DNA of 64,000 bases from Octopus vulgaris (taxonomy: Eukaryota): assembly GCA_951406725.2 (NCBI GenBank), contig OX597827.1:8618001-8682000 (forward strand), in the 5' to 3' direction. The notes beneath the pieces were generated by a model. The model was not told the DNA's origin, made no database searches, and saw only the letters and a program-made list of their open reading frames with translations. Shown here in pieces: positions 28,376-41,019 of the stretch. The translations under genes and the position numbers were made by a program. Within the stretch, counting starts at the first letter, position 1; the number at the start of each line of letters is the position of its first letter.

Positions 28376-28819
28376 TTGGTAGTCGTCTTGCATCTTCCCC
28401 TTTGGTTCAGAACCCCTACTACAAAATATAATGCTTAAGTATGGAAATTACTCCAACAGAGTCAATGTTTCACCTGTAAAAAAACTTATAAGCTGATGTC
28501 TTGCAAACAACTTGCTCATGCAAGTGCTACCAGTTGAGAACTCTGCATACCAGAAACCAGCAAGTGTATGGGGTCATCAGAAGAGAATGCGTGCCATTTT
28601 GGGGTCTACCTCTCGATGGCATCAATGCACACCGGCCCCACCTCACTGATATGAAGCCCCACTTACTAGATCAACTGGTTATTAAATATAACCCAATATT
28701 TCTCTAGCCATCGCTCATCATCAGGTCTTATGTTACAATAGTTTAAAGTAGCTGAAGATTTTGCATGGTACTGTATACATATATACGTCCATGCTGCCAA
28801 CAAAGCACGCGGAATTCTG

Positions 28820-29415
28820 TTTTTGATTCGACGGTCATTCGGAATGCTCACAGCAGCCATATTCCTACCACTCTATGTCAGGCTGGTGAGACCCATATTG
28901 GAGTATGGGATTCAAGCCTCTTCTCCTTATCTCCTCAAAGACATACAGCATCTCAAAAGAGTCCAGAAGCTGGCTACCCGCATGGTTCATGGTCTCAAAA
29001 ATTTGTCCTACGAAGAGAGGCTGAGGACGCTCGACCTTTATTCTCTTGAAAAACGCTGCCGCCGTAGTGATCTCATTCTCGCCCACAACATCATAAGCGG
29101 AAAGTGTAACCTCTCGAAAGAGCTGTTCTTCACTCCTGCTCCAGAGCGTCGGCTGCGGGGTCATTCCGAAAAGCTCTACCTGCAACGATTTCATCTCAAT
29201 TGAAGGAGAGGAGCTTTCTCCATCCGGGTTGCGGATCCGTGGAACAAGCTGCCAGACGAGATGGTGAAGATGCCGACGACCGCTTTGTTCAAAGTCTCCC
29301 TGGACCTCAAGTGGCCTGAACACTTTACATGAACACCACCCTGTACTTAACTCCATATCCCCCTACATGGCCTTGCTATTTGCTTTTGAGCCAAATTAAC
29401 TAACTAACTAACTAA
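28820..29415 (+). mobile_element. CR1-clade LINE 3' fragment with (AACT)n tail
   Basis: LYVRLVRPILEYG...KRVQKLATRMV.GLKNLSYEERL; premature TGA at 29201; same family as 20541-21026. Confidence 0.92.
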
Positions 29416-29436
29416 CATATATATATATATATATAT

Positions 29437-29618
29437 ATTGGTAAAAACGGTAAGATAACAAAAGAAAGAAAGAGACCTCAATATTATGTAAAAAGAGGAA
29501 ATTTATCTATAAAATAATATTTGTTACAATTACTCAATAGTCAAGATAAAACTCTGAGTTTCAGATGCCAAAGAGTTTTATCTTGACTATAAAAGTAATT
29601 GTAACATGTTATTTTATT

Positions 29619-29620
<2 letters not shown>
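29437..29620. mobile_element. Penelope-like fold-back element with internal inverted repeat (29522-29555 / 29572-29606)
   Basis: tgttacaattact..atagtcaagataaaactct / agagttttatcttgactat..agtaattgtaaca; flanked by (TA)n; related to 1293-1441. Confidence 0.55.
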
Positions 29621-29663
<43 letters not shown>

Positions 29664-29727
29664 ATCTATGAATGCATCAATAAAATTCTGCCAAAACAAT
29701 GTGTGTGTGTGTGTGTGTGTGTGTATC

Positions 29728-29783
<56 letters not shown>

Positions 29784-30516
29784 CTTATATTATGTATATA
29801 TATGTATGTATGTATGTATATATATATATATATACACACACACGCACATATACATATGCACATAGATACCAAAGCCAATATAAATTGTAGATGTGACCCA
29901 AATTTGGTTCCAGATGTGGCATATGTATGAAAAGAACACAAGTTGAGGGTCAAAGTTTACAACAGCTGTTTCAGCAGCATTTTATTGATATATTTAAAAG
30001 TTACTTGATGATGGTGGGTTTTTTTATTTTTTATTTTGCTGTGATGTAATCTAAGAATGCATCAATAAAATTCTGCCAAAGCAACAGTTGTGAATTTTGA
30101 AACCTACTTGTATTTTTCTTTATATATATATATATTTATCTATACTGGCAGAATTGTTAGAGCGGCAGGTAAAATGCCTTGTAGTGTTTGCTCCAGCTCT
30201 TTATGTTCTGAGTTCAAATCCTATAAAGATCAACAGCCTGTTGCTAGTTGACAGATGCTTTTATTTGAATGGCAATTTGGTGGGGTTTGCTATATAAGGA
30301 GGTCTGCTGTATAAGGGGGTCTGCTATATAAGGGGTCTGCTTTGAGGCCTGGGACAGGGGTCTGGTGACAAATACAGAGGCTGGGTTGTTCCAGGTGGTA
30401 CACATTCTAGCTACATCACTGAAGGTCATCTTAGTTTTACCTTCTTTTAAGATTGATAAGTAGCAACCAACAATGTATGAAATTATTATTATTATTATCA
30501 TAATTATCATTATTAT

Positions 30517-30945
30517 TAAGGCAGTGAGCTGGTGGAACTGTTAGCATACTGGACGAAATGCTTGGTGGTATTTCGCCCGTCACTACATTCCGAGTTCAAA
30601 TTCTGCTGATGTCAACTTTGTCTTTCATCCTTTTAAGGTCAACGAATTAAGTACTAGTGGAACACTGGAGTCGATGTAATTAATTAGTCCATTCCCCAAA
30701 ATTTCAGGCCTTGCGCTTATAGTAGAAAGGATTATTATTATTATTATTATTGCACCAGGCAAAATGCTTAGTGGCATTTTGTCTGTCTTTACATTCTGAG
30801 TTCAAATTCCACTGAGGTCGACTATGCCTTTCATCCTTTCAGTGTCAATAAAATATGTACCGGCTGAGCACTGGGGTCGATGTAATTGATTATACCCCCA
30901 CCCAAAATTGCAGGTCTTGTGCCTTTAGTAGAAAGGACTATTATC
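30517..30945 (+). mobile_element. Two tandem SINE family B copies with (ATT)n tails
   Basis: Core motif present twice. Confidence 0.75.
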
Positions 30946-30946
30946 A

Positions 30947-31045
<99 letters not shown>

Positions 31046-31366
31046 TTTTATATTTATATATATATATGTGTCTTTGAGTAGTTGTGTATGTATGAATGTG
31101 TGTATGTATGTATGTGTGTATGTATGTATGTATGTATGTATGTATGTATGTATGATTGTATGTATGTCATTATTCAGTTTGTTCCAAGATATCTTGCCAA
31201 TAAAGAAAGAACCGGTTTCTAACCTAGATCCAAGGTTCCTTCATTGGAATTTCAACATCAACAGGGTATTTTTGTTTGTATATATGTATTTATGTATATA
31301 TGTATGTATGTATTTATGTATATATGTATTTATGTATGTATGTATGTATGTATGTATGTATGTATG

Positions 31367-31397
<31 letters not shown>

Positions 31398-31609
31398 GTA
31401 CGTATGTATGTGTGTATGTGCAGATTTGTGTGTTTTATGTATGTGTTCTCATGCATATAGTTGCATATTTAGACATGCTCTAGATATGTATGTAGATATG
31501 TCTCTTCTATTTCTTAACTATTATAAATCATCAACTGAGGAGAGAGCCAGTTTCCAACAAAGATACAAGGATACATCTTTAGGATGTAGTTAACACAGAC
31601 AAATTCCCA

Positions 31610-31822
31610 TTTGTAACTTGAGAAAAGTCTTGCATATTTTTACCCTTCCGCTCACAGACTGCACTCATAATGTACGAATTAGTTGGTTGATATCTCTTCC
31701 TGAAAATCCTAGTTTATTCAGATTCTCCTTTAAGTATTTACTAACAAAACCAAGTGCAATTGGTGTGAATATAAATTCATAATCTGGATTTAGAAGCTTG
31801 AGGTTTTGAAGCAGTTGTCTAC
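31610..31822 (-). mobile_element. RLE-type non-LTR retrotransposon C-terminal remnant
   Basis: RQLLQNLKLLNPDYEFIFTPIALGFVSKYLKENLNKLGF...ICKTFL resembles the tail of restriction-like-endonuclease LINE ORFs (P(I/V)xxGALG...L.KLG). Confidence 0.55.
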
Positions 31823-31825
31823 AGA

Positions 31826-32231
31826 TATGTATGTATGTATGTATGTATGTATTATGTGTGTATGTATGTATATAAGTTTGTATGTATATATGTATGTATG
31901 TATGTAAGTTTGTATGTATGTATGTATGTATGTATGTGTGTGTGTATGTGTGTATGTATGTATGTATGTATGTATGTGTGTATGTGTGTGTATGTATGTA
32001 TGTATGTATGTATGTATGCATGTATGTATGTGTGTATGTGTGTATGTTTGTATGTATGAATGTATGAATGTATGTATGTATGTATGTATGTATTTATTAT
32101 GTATGTATGAATGTATGTATGAATGTATGTATGTATGTATGTATGTATGTATGTATGTATGTATGTATGTATGTATGTATGTATGTATGTATGTATGTAT
32201 GTATGTATGTATGTATGTATGTATGTATGTC

Positions 32232-32262
<31 letters not shown>

Positions 32263-32315
32263 GTGTATGTCTGTCTATATGTATGTATGTATGTTTGTAT
32301 GTGCGTGTGTGTGTA

Positions 32316-32346
<31 letters not shown>

Positions 32347-32378
32347 ACGTACGTATGCATGTATGTGTGTGTGTGAGT
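31826..32378. repeat. (GTAT)n/(GT)n microsatellite
   Basis: Directly visible. Confidence 0.95.
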
Positions 32379-32518
32379 GTAAATGTTGACATTTCATAAT
32401 GTTGTCTGAATGAAACAGTGACATGTTTGAAGAACTCTGGTATAAGAAATCCTTACCTGAACAACAAGTAAGGTTGATGACAAGGAAAGCATTCGTCCAT
32501 AAAACTTTGTCTCTAATG

Positions 32519-32941
32519 CAGTGCTGGATTAACCATTAAGTAAAATAAACACATGCTTCAAGCAGCAGATGAAGTGGGAGCACCACAGAAATGGTAAATG
32601 GTTTATGGCACAACAGAAACCCATTTAAACTTGCTAAATTTATATTCAAAGTGGTTTATAAGATCGGAAATATAATTTCGAAGCTTGTATGATGTCATAG
32701 TGAGAATCTGATCAAAGACTTTGCAATTAAAAAAAAAGTAGGAGCAAACTTTCCAAAAATAAATAAACTGGAAGTATAAAAAAAAAAACTAAAAATTTCC
32801 ATCTTACACTTAGTTTTGTTTCATTTTGAACAATAGAAATTTATTTCATGGTTTATCATTGTTTATATTTTCAATTACATATTTATGGATGCACCGAAAT
32901 CTTTTGTGCTTAGGGTCTCTATGGGTTTTAATCTCGCCCTG
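32519..32941. mobile_element. hAT-type MITE inserted in an old family C SINE
   Basis: TIRs cagtgctggattaa / ttaatctcgccctg; 8-bp TSD ctctaatg / ctcaaatg. Confidence 0.7.
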
Positions 32942-33007
32942 CTCAAATGCATTTTTGTCGAATCCATGCTAGCATAGGAAAATGGGCTTTCGAAATGAAT
33001 GCAATAT

Positions 33008-33049
<42 letters not shown>

Positions 33050-33651
33050 CGAGCACGTGTGTTTGTGTAGGATGAGAAACAGTACATTGAAAAGAAATAC
33101 CATTCCGTATTAATGACTAGCTGAGTTACCTTCTCTTGTGGCATTGGCCACTTTGATGTTCCTATAACTGAAATAAGTGCTAGATAAGGTACATAAATCA
33201 ACATAATCCATAAAAGGTATTGAAGGTAACACCCTATCACCATGAGCATGAGTCAATGATAGAAACCCTTAAAAGAAAGATCGCTAAAGCAACAGAAATG
33301 ATGCTGTAACCATATCGAATATTTTGGTTTGAGAAAAAAGATTTTGTCTTTATTTCAGAGCAATATACATTGAAATTCTAATGAAAATCTCACACAATAT
33401 CAACTTTTTCTACCAATGGAAGCCACAGACTCCTTAACTTTTCATACCCACGCAAAGTGTACCTACTGCTTTAAAATTAACGCCACCCCTATGACTTAAA
33501 TATGTTGGAGTTAGCAAGCAGAACTTATCCAAAGCTTCCACAACACCATTATCTAAGCAATTCTTGACAGTCAGTTAATGGCTACTTAATTTTACATTTA
33601 AAGATTAACTTATACACACACACACATGTATATATATATATATACATACAT

Positions 33652-33706
<55 letters not shown>

Positions 33707-34033
33707 TATATATACATATATATATTTATTTAAAAATATAAAGAGTATGAAATATTTTTATACACAGGAGACCTTTGACAGGACACATTATATGCTAGAA
33801 AAGACAGTTAAAACCCAAACCACGATAAAAAGAATTCATGAGGCATGCTGTGGTAACACCAGAGCGAACAAAAAATGAATTAGTTAATCCCAAACTAGAG
33901 TTTCCCTATTAATTGCCAAATAAACTAATTTGGAATCCATAGATCGTCAGTGAGATCACTAATTAATGAATGATTATGCAGTTGCAAATCTGTACCAAAA
34001 ACACATGCGCAATCACCCTCATATTTACGATAG

Positions 34034-34072
<39 letters not shown>

Positions 34073-34073
<1 letters not shown>

Positions 34074-34482
34074 CTCTTTACTCTTTTACATGTTTCAGTC
34101 ATTTGACTGTAGCCATGCTGGAGCACCGCCTTTAGTCGAGAAAATCGCCCCCGGGACTTATTCTTTGTAAGCCCAGTACTTATTCTATCAGTCTCTTTTG
34201 CCGAACCGCTAAGTTATGGGGACGTAAACACACCAGCATCGGTTGTCAAGCAATGCTAGGGGGACAAACACAGACACACAAACACATACACACACATATA
34301 TATATATATACATATATATGACAGGCTTCTTTCAGTTTCCGTCTACCAAATCCACTCACAAGGCATTGGTCGGCCCGGGGCTATAGCAGAAGACACTTGT
34401 CCAAGATGCCACGCAGTGGGACTGAACCCGGAACCATGTGGTTGGTTAGCAAGCTACTTACCACACAGCCACTCCTGCGCCT
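34073..34482 (-). mobile_element. SINE family A
   Basis: Consensus match. Confidence 0.9.
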
Positions 34483-34754
34483 ATATATATATATATATAT
34501 ATATATATGACATATGTCTTTCAGTTTCCATCTCCCAAATCCACTCAGGAAAGAGAAAGAGGGAAGGAGAGAGAGAGAGAGAAAGCAAAGAACGACTGTA
34601 GGAAAATACCTTAACACATCTGCTGCATATGAAAGCTAAATAGTACAGTGGGTCTTAATTACTTGATGTAGTGAACCCAAAATAATAATTAATGAAAACG
34701 ACATTCATTAGTGTATTGACAAATCATATCATTGTAGAAAATGAAATTACTTTG

Positions 34755-35260
34755 ATTTATTCTTTTTTGGGGGGCGGGGGGCAGTGGATCATGAAGCATA
34801 TAAATCCATAAAGAATAGCATGTAAATATTGGTTGTAAAAGCTTTTTGGATAAGATAAAAGTTGAAGGCTACCCATGGGACTTGAACCCACATCCCTTAC
34901 CATGTTTACAGGCAGCCTTCAACTTTTTTCTATCTAAAATGGTTTTTCAACCTCATATTTACATGCTTATTATTCATAAGTTCTTGTAAGGCAGCGAGGT
35001 GGCAGATTCGTTAGCATGCCAGTTGAAATGCTTGGTGGCATTTTACCTGTCTTTATGTTCTGATTTTAAATGCTGCTGGGATCGACTTATTCTTTCTTCC
35101 TTTTGGGGGTGGGGTCAATAAAATAAGTACCAGTTGAGCACTGGGGTCCATGTAATCAACTTTACCTCTTCTCTGAAACTGTTATCCTTGTGCCAAAATT
35201 TGAAACCATTATTTATAATTTTCTGTGCTTCAAGATCCACTATTCCCAAAAAGAATTACT
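34755..35260. mobile_element. Old palindromic (MITE-like) element with central tRNA-like fragment, split by a family B SINE (34988-35210)
   Basis: Inverted pairs aaaagttgaaggct / agccttcaactttt, agcatgtaaatat / atatttacatgct and agtggatcatgaagca / tgcttcaagatccact. Confidence 0.6.
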
Positions 35261-37509
35261 TTATGTTCTTACGTCATCAACTTTGATATATATTTATCTT
35301 AAATTATTTCTAACATTTACAAGGTCACATATTTAAGGAGAAGATACTTATTTCATAAGCAAGTAAAGAATGAAGAGTAAAATCTTCATCTTTTATTAAA
35401 ACTCCATTTACATCTTGGATGCTTTATTGGAATATTCAATTGACCTGAGGACTTGAATAGTACTTTTGATTTATCAACCCTGGAAGTTTGAAACACAAAT
35501 TTAGTATCAGTTCTCTATCACAATTCCATTCACAATTAAGATGTTCTTTAACTCTTTAGCATTCTGTAATATGAGGAACAAAGGGCAATTCAACCCCCTC
35601 TTCAGTTCCTTTGTAGTGTTGACTGTCCAACTGTCCATCCGAGATGTGCTCTACCCATCTAACCTATTGCTAGAACCTACAGCAAATGCCCTTTCTAGCT
35701 CATGTGTCTACACATGTCCATCTGCTCCCACTGCTCAAAGCCAAAAAGTCCCACACTGGTCCTACTTCCACTCACTTGACCTCGTTCACTCCTCCTCTTC
35801 TGGTAGGGACCCTCAGCCATTGACATCACTGACCCTTTCCTTCCAGTTCCCCTCATCTCCACACATTCAGATCACACTCTCAAATGCAATGCTTATGTAG
35901 TCACATGGTATCTATATATAATCATGCATTATCTATCTTGTAGTTAAGAGATTTTCAAGATGTGATTGCTTACATTTAGAATGACATTGTAGGATAGGTG
36001 TGAGCAGTCAGATCTGGGCAGTTTTAACATAGAACTAGAAGAATATTTAGGCTGGATATGACCGATTTGAATGTTAAAGGATTAAGAAAATTAAATTAAC
36101 CCCAGTACTTGACTACTTCTTTATTTCATCAACCACAGAAGAGTGAAAGGTAAATTAGTCTTATAACATCATACATACCTGGGATGTTTTATTTGAATAT
36201 GAATTCAATCTTAGTTCTTTACTTCGACAACCCACAGAAAGATGAAAAGGAAAAATAGCTGAAGAGTCAGTTTTCACTTACATTTAGGAAAACCTTTTAG
36301 GAACATTAAACCAAACCATTAAACGACTGGTACTTCATTTTGCCAATTACTGGAAGAATTAAAGAGTGTTGAGTTACCAGCCCATTCCAGCCTGGATAAG
36401 GTAGACCTTTAGTCTAAAGCATTCCGTCTTTGACCATATTGGTTTTTCTAAGTGAAGGGAGGAAGATACCTAGAACTACATTATCTAAATGTGTCCTTCG
36501 TCTTTTCTTTTTAGATGGTGAGATGCTTTTGAAGAACATTTTGCAGCTATTTTTAGCAGAGCCAGTGACTACATGGTGGACCACATCGGCTCATTTCAAA
36601 CAATCTACTTTGTTTACTTTGAATCATCATCATCTTCATCGTGTTTTACTTTGAATGGAGTTCATAAAATATAGCAACCAAATGCTGCAGGCATTTTGTC
36701 TGACATCAATTATTCTCCAGAAACAACTTTGTTTTCCATATTTCATCATCATCATCACCATCATCATTTAGCATCCGCTTTCCATGCTAGCATGGGTTGG
36801 ACGGTTCAACTGGGGTCTGGGAAGCCAAAAGACTGCACCAGGCCCAGTCTGATCTGGCAATGTTTCTATGGCTGGATGCCCTTCCTAACGCCAACCACTC
36901 CATGAGTGTAGTGGGTGCTTTTTTCAGGGAATAAAATAAATAGCAGCTGACTATCTTCAAATGTTGATGAATAGCAAAGCTAAATAAAGGGATGCTAACT
37001 TTCAGATATAATACATTATTCTCTCTCTCTCTCTCTCTTTCTCAGTTTTTTTAATTGCTTTGTTAAAAGAGAAAAAACAGGACCCATATTTTGTTTATAG
37101 GTCTTCTGAGAGTTGGGGTACGGTTTATATGGTTGCAACAGAGCAGATTCTGCTAAAGGCACCCAAAGGTCTGATAATGAATGTTAAATCAGACAATAGA
37201 TCAAGTCTACTACCTGAGAACAGGTAGGTTCTCTTTGACAGGCTTCTCCACAGTCTCTATCTGCCAAATTTATGTGAAGCCAGCTTAAAGTGTCATACAT
37301 TGGAACTGAGCACAAAACCATTGCCTAGATGCCAATATGGTAGGACGTGGTTTCAGGTTCAGTCCCACTGTGCAATAGCTTGGGTAAGAATCTTTGCTAT
37401 AGCTTCAAGCCAACCAAAGAATTTGGTTGGCAGAATCTAAAAGTCCATCATATGTACATGTGTGAAATTGCGATAGTTCCAAAACAAGCATCCTGTCATC
37501 CAAGGTAAT

Positions 37510-37712
37510 TGTGGCAGAAACGTTAGCACGCTGGGCGAAATGCGTAGCAGTATTTCGTCCGCTGTTATGTTCTGAGTTCAAATTCCGCCGAGGTCGACTT
37601 TGCCTTTCATCCTTTCGGGGTCGATAACTTAAGTACCAGTTACGCACTGGGGTCGATATCTGTCCTTGTTTGTCTCCTCTGTGTTTAGCCCCTTGTGGGT
37701 AGTAAAGAAATA
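37510..37712 (+). mobile_element. SINE family B
   Basis: Core motif match. Confidence 0.8.
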
Positions 37713-37958
37713 ATTGTAAAAGAAAGTTATCTAAGGTTGCATGGATTGAACTTGAGACCATGTATATGCAAAGCAAATTCCTTAACCACACAGCCACATC
37801 TGCACACATGACATCATAAGGAAATGAAAACAAAAAACAAAAATAAAAAAATATACAAGATAAGATGATACAAATAAATGAAAAACTGCACACAATCAAA
37901 AAAAACTTTTCAGAGACAGACATACATGCAAAATTTTATATAATCACTTGTACTCGTA

Positions 37959-38362
37959 GGCGCAGGAGTGGCTGTGTGGTAAGTAGCTTGCTAACCAACC
38001 ACATGGTTCCGGGTTCAGTCCCACTGCGTGGCATCTTGGGCAAGTGTCTTCTGCTATAGCCTCGGGCCGACCAATGCCTTGTGAGTGGATTTGGTAGACG
38101 GAAACTGAAAGAAGCCTGTCGTATATATGTATGTGTATGTATATGTTTGTGTGTCTGTGTTTGTCCCTCTAGCATTGCTTGACAACCGATGCTGATGTGT
38201 TTACGTCCCCGTCACTTAGCAGTTCGGCAAAAAGAGGACCGATAGAATAAGTACTGGGCTTACAAAGAATAAGTCCCGGGGTCGATTTGCTCGACTAAAG
38301 GCGGTGCTCCAGCATGGCCGCAGTCAAATGACTGAAACAAGTAAAAGAGAAAAAGAGAAAGA
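37959..38362 (+). mobile_element. SINE family A
   Basis: Consensus match. Confidence 0.9.
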
Positions 38363-38449
38363 GGAAGAGTAGACTTAAATAAATTTAAGGCTACTATACA
38401 CACACATTTATAGATAATAGGTGATTTTCATAATATTATATATACATAC

Positions 38450-38600
38450 TTGGTAGGTCATCAAAATGATCAGTTCTTCCTTTGTTGCAGCTTTGATCTG
38501 CATGCGAAGGTTTTGTGATTTCTCGGTAATAAGGGGAACTAACTGCCACATCCTTATCTTTACGACCAGCTGATGATCTGGCTGCTGGCTGGGAGTATTT
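38450..38600 (-). CDS. Probable internal exon (151 nt) of an unidentified host gene
   Basis: Minus-strand acceptor tttttttatttgccttcttcag| and donor CCAA|gtatgt; non-repetitive and GC-elevated. Open in two frames; phase 0 gives KYSQPAARSSAGRKDKDVAVSSPYYREITKPSHADQSCNKGRTDHFDDLP. No family recognised. Confidence 0.6.
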
Positions 38601-38750
38601 CTGAAGAAGGCAAATAAAAAAATCATGATAAAAATAAATAAAGAATTAAGAAAAAAAAAAAAAGAAAAAAAAAGAAAAATCAAAATGTTTTATATCAGAA
38701 ATAAATAAATATCAAATATTCAACACTGCATTAAGATAAATTAATTTTAA

Positions 38751-39151
38751 CCCTTTAGCATTTAACCCCTTACCCAACAATTATTTTGAAAATAAAAGTA
38801 TTTTTTCAGACATATTTTTTAATTGTTTTATTTTTTAATTGTCGATGTTGGCGAGTCTGTCTTTTGACGAATTAACTCGCCAGAGATAGAAAAAAACGAT
38901 TTAGGTCAAAACGCATATATTCGTTTCTGCCGGGTAAGGGGTTAAACCGGCCAAATCCGGCCAAAAGTATTCTGCCTGTTTTATGTTCAAACTGGCCAGA
39001 TCTGGTCTCTCACACCAACCCTACAATATCGTTTCAAAAATTAACAGCTACCTCATCAAAATCTCAAAGCTACAAGATAATGCCTGATTAGTTCAAAACA
39101 ATGTGGACGAAGAAGCATTAATTTTGGCAGAATAATGCGAACACTAAAGGG
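38751..39151. mobile_element. piggyBac-type (TTAA) MITE containing a second nested TTAA MITE at 38766-38941
   Basis: Outer: TTAA-ccctttag...ctaaaggg-TTAA. Inner: TTAA-ccccttaccc...gggtaagggg-TTAA. An older uninterrupted outer copy lies inverted at ~35880-36085. Confidence 0.85.
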
Positions 39152-39460
39152 TTAAAAGTAAATTGCAGCTTCCCATCACATGTTACATATTCTGAAAATT
39201 TAAAGTTAATTAAATCGTATTAAAGTTTGTTACTTGTTTGCTATATGACAGGTATTCAAATCAAAATTGTTTAAATGAACCAATGAAGGTCCACCATGTG
39301 GTCACTGAATCTGCTAGAAATAGAAACAAAATATTTCTCAAACACATCTCACCATCTAAAGTGAAAAGAGGATGGACACATTTAGACAAGGTAGTTCTAC
39401 ATATCTTCTTCCCTTCGCTCAAAACTGAGATGGTCAAAGCTGGAAAGCCTTAGATTAAAG

Positions 39461-39661
39461 CAGTGGTTTTCAACCAGGGTTCCGCCAGTACTTTCCAGGG
39501 GTTCCGCAAGAAGTTACAAAACTGCTAAAATCGGCAGTAATTTTTAAGTCTCCTGTGCAGATATGTGTGCATAAGACTATTAAATTATTGCACAGGGGTT
39601 CCTCGAGCCAGTGGAATGTTTCCTCGGGGTTCCGCTCCAACAAAAAGTTTGAAAAGCACTG
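39461..39661. mobile_element. hAT-type MITE
   Basis: TIRs cagtggttttcaa / ttgaaaagcactg; perfect 8-bp TSD gattaaag (39453-39460, 39662-39669). Confidence 0.9.
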
Positions 39662-39880
39662 GATTAAAGGATTGTCTTATCAGGTCTGGAAGGAGGCTAG
39701 TAACACAACACATCTTAAAATCATAAGTATTGAGTCCTGAGAAAGCCAAAAATTATTACATTAGTTTGTCTAAGTCAAAAAAAGTGATAAAGGTGCAAAA
39801 AGGATGGGATAAAAGGATGACAGAAAGAAGGATAGATAATACATATGTATATGTGTGTATGTGTGTGTGTGTATATATAT

Positions 39881-39916
<36 letters not shown>

Positions 39917-40631
39917 GTCCATGCTAGCATGGCAAGCGGACGTTAAACGATGATGATGATATATATATATGGTAAATGAAAAACAGAAGATGGAAGATAT
40001 GAGTATTTTTATAAATCACGACAATTGTTTCAACACATCTAGCATAGATCCCTCGCAGGTGGGACACTTAACAACTCGTTCAGTAGCATCTGACAGTGCA
40101 GATGTGTATGCATGTATGTATGTATGTATGTATATATGCATGTATGAATACATTTATATATATATATATATATATAGGTATCAATATAGGGTGGCAAAAA
40201 AAAATTTTGTAGAATTCTTTTGCCACCAGCGGCCTATTGGGAAAAAATTAAATAGTCATAAACCATTTTTAAGTTCAACATCACAATCAAGGAACGGCCA
40301 TAATAGGCCATTCACCCACTAGAAATAACAGCCAAAAGCTTTAACCGCAAAATAACATCAAATCCGTAAACCAGGAGAAAATTAAAAAACATTTACCCTG
40401 TAATTTCTTATACGATGCACCGTTTCATCTACTGTTTAATGGTAAACTAACCTGATTAAATTAAATCAAGCCAATCTACCATAGGCCCTTAGATTCATCA
40501 GTAAGAAATAGCCAAGTTGGAACAGATATTTTTCACGAGGCATTCCCGTTGCTGCCTCGGCAATATCTGACCTAAAATTTTCAAATCGTCGCACTCGCGC
40601 CAAATTTATATATGATATATATAGGTATCTA

Positions 40632-40710
<79 letters not shown>

Positions 40711-40716
40711 TTATCT

Positions 40717-40749
<33 letters not shown>

Positions 40750-40756
<7 letters not shown>

Positions 40757-41019
40757 GAAAGAATGGAGTCAAACGAAAATGTTAACAAAATTCCTTTGCT
40801 CTCGACACATGTTTCGAAGACAGCATATTTTCATTCCGAAGGAATAAAGGGTGCATTATGCAATCTTCTCATCAGGAAAGAAAAGGAGCCTCTCTCACCA
40901 ACAAGACAAACAAAAATTTCGATGATTGCCTACATGGTAACCCAAGCGATAATGAGTTTTTAAAAAAAAATCCGTTATAAGCATTAACATCTTCATTCGA
41001 CTCCATTCTTTCATTTATT
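40750..41019 (-). mobile_element. 270-bp non-autonomous element with ~36-bp inverted ends carrying a hammerhead ribozyme (Penelope-like/retrozyme-like)
   Basis: aataaatgaaagaatggagtc..atgttaa (40750-40785) vs ttaacat..gactccattctttcatttatt (40984-41019); preceded by (TA)n. Confidence 0.7.
40793..40886 (-). ncRNA. Type I hammerhead ribozyme, extended stem II, minimal stem III
   Basis: Minus strand reads CCUUUU-CUUUC CUGAUGA GAAGA[43 nt]UCUUC GAAAC AUGU GUC^ GAGAG-C-AAAGG. The catalytic core is intact and stems I, II and III all pair. Confidence 0.85.
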
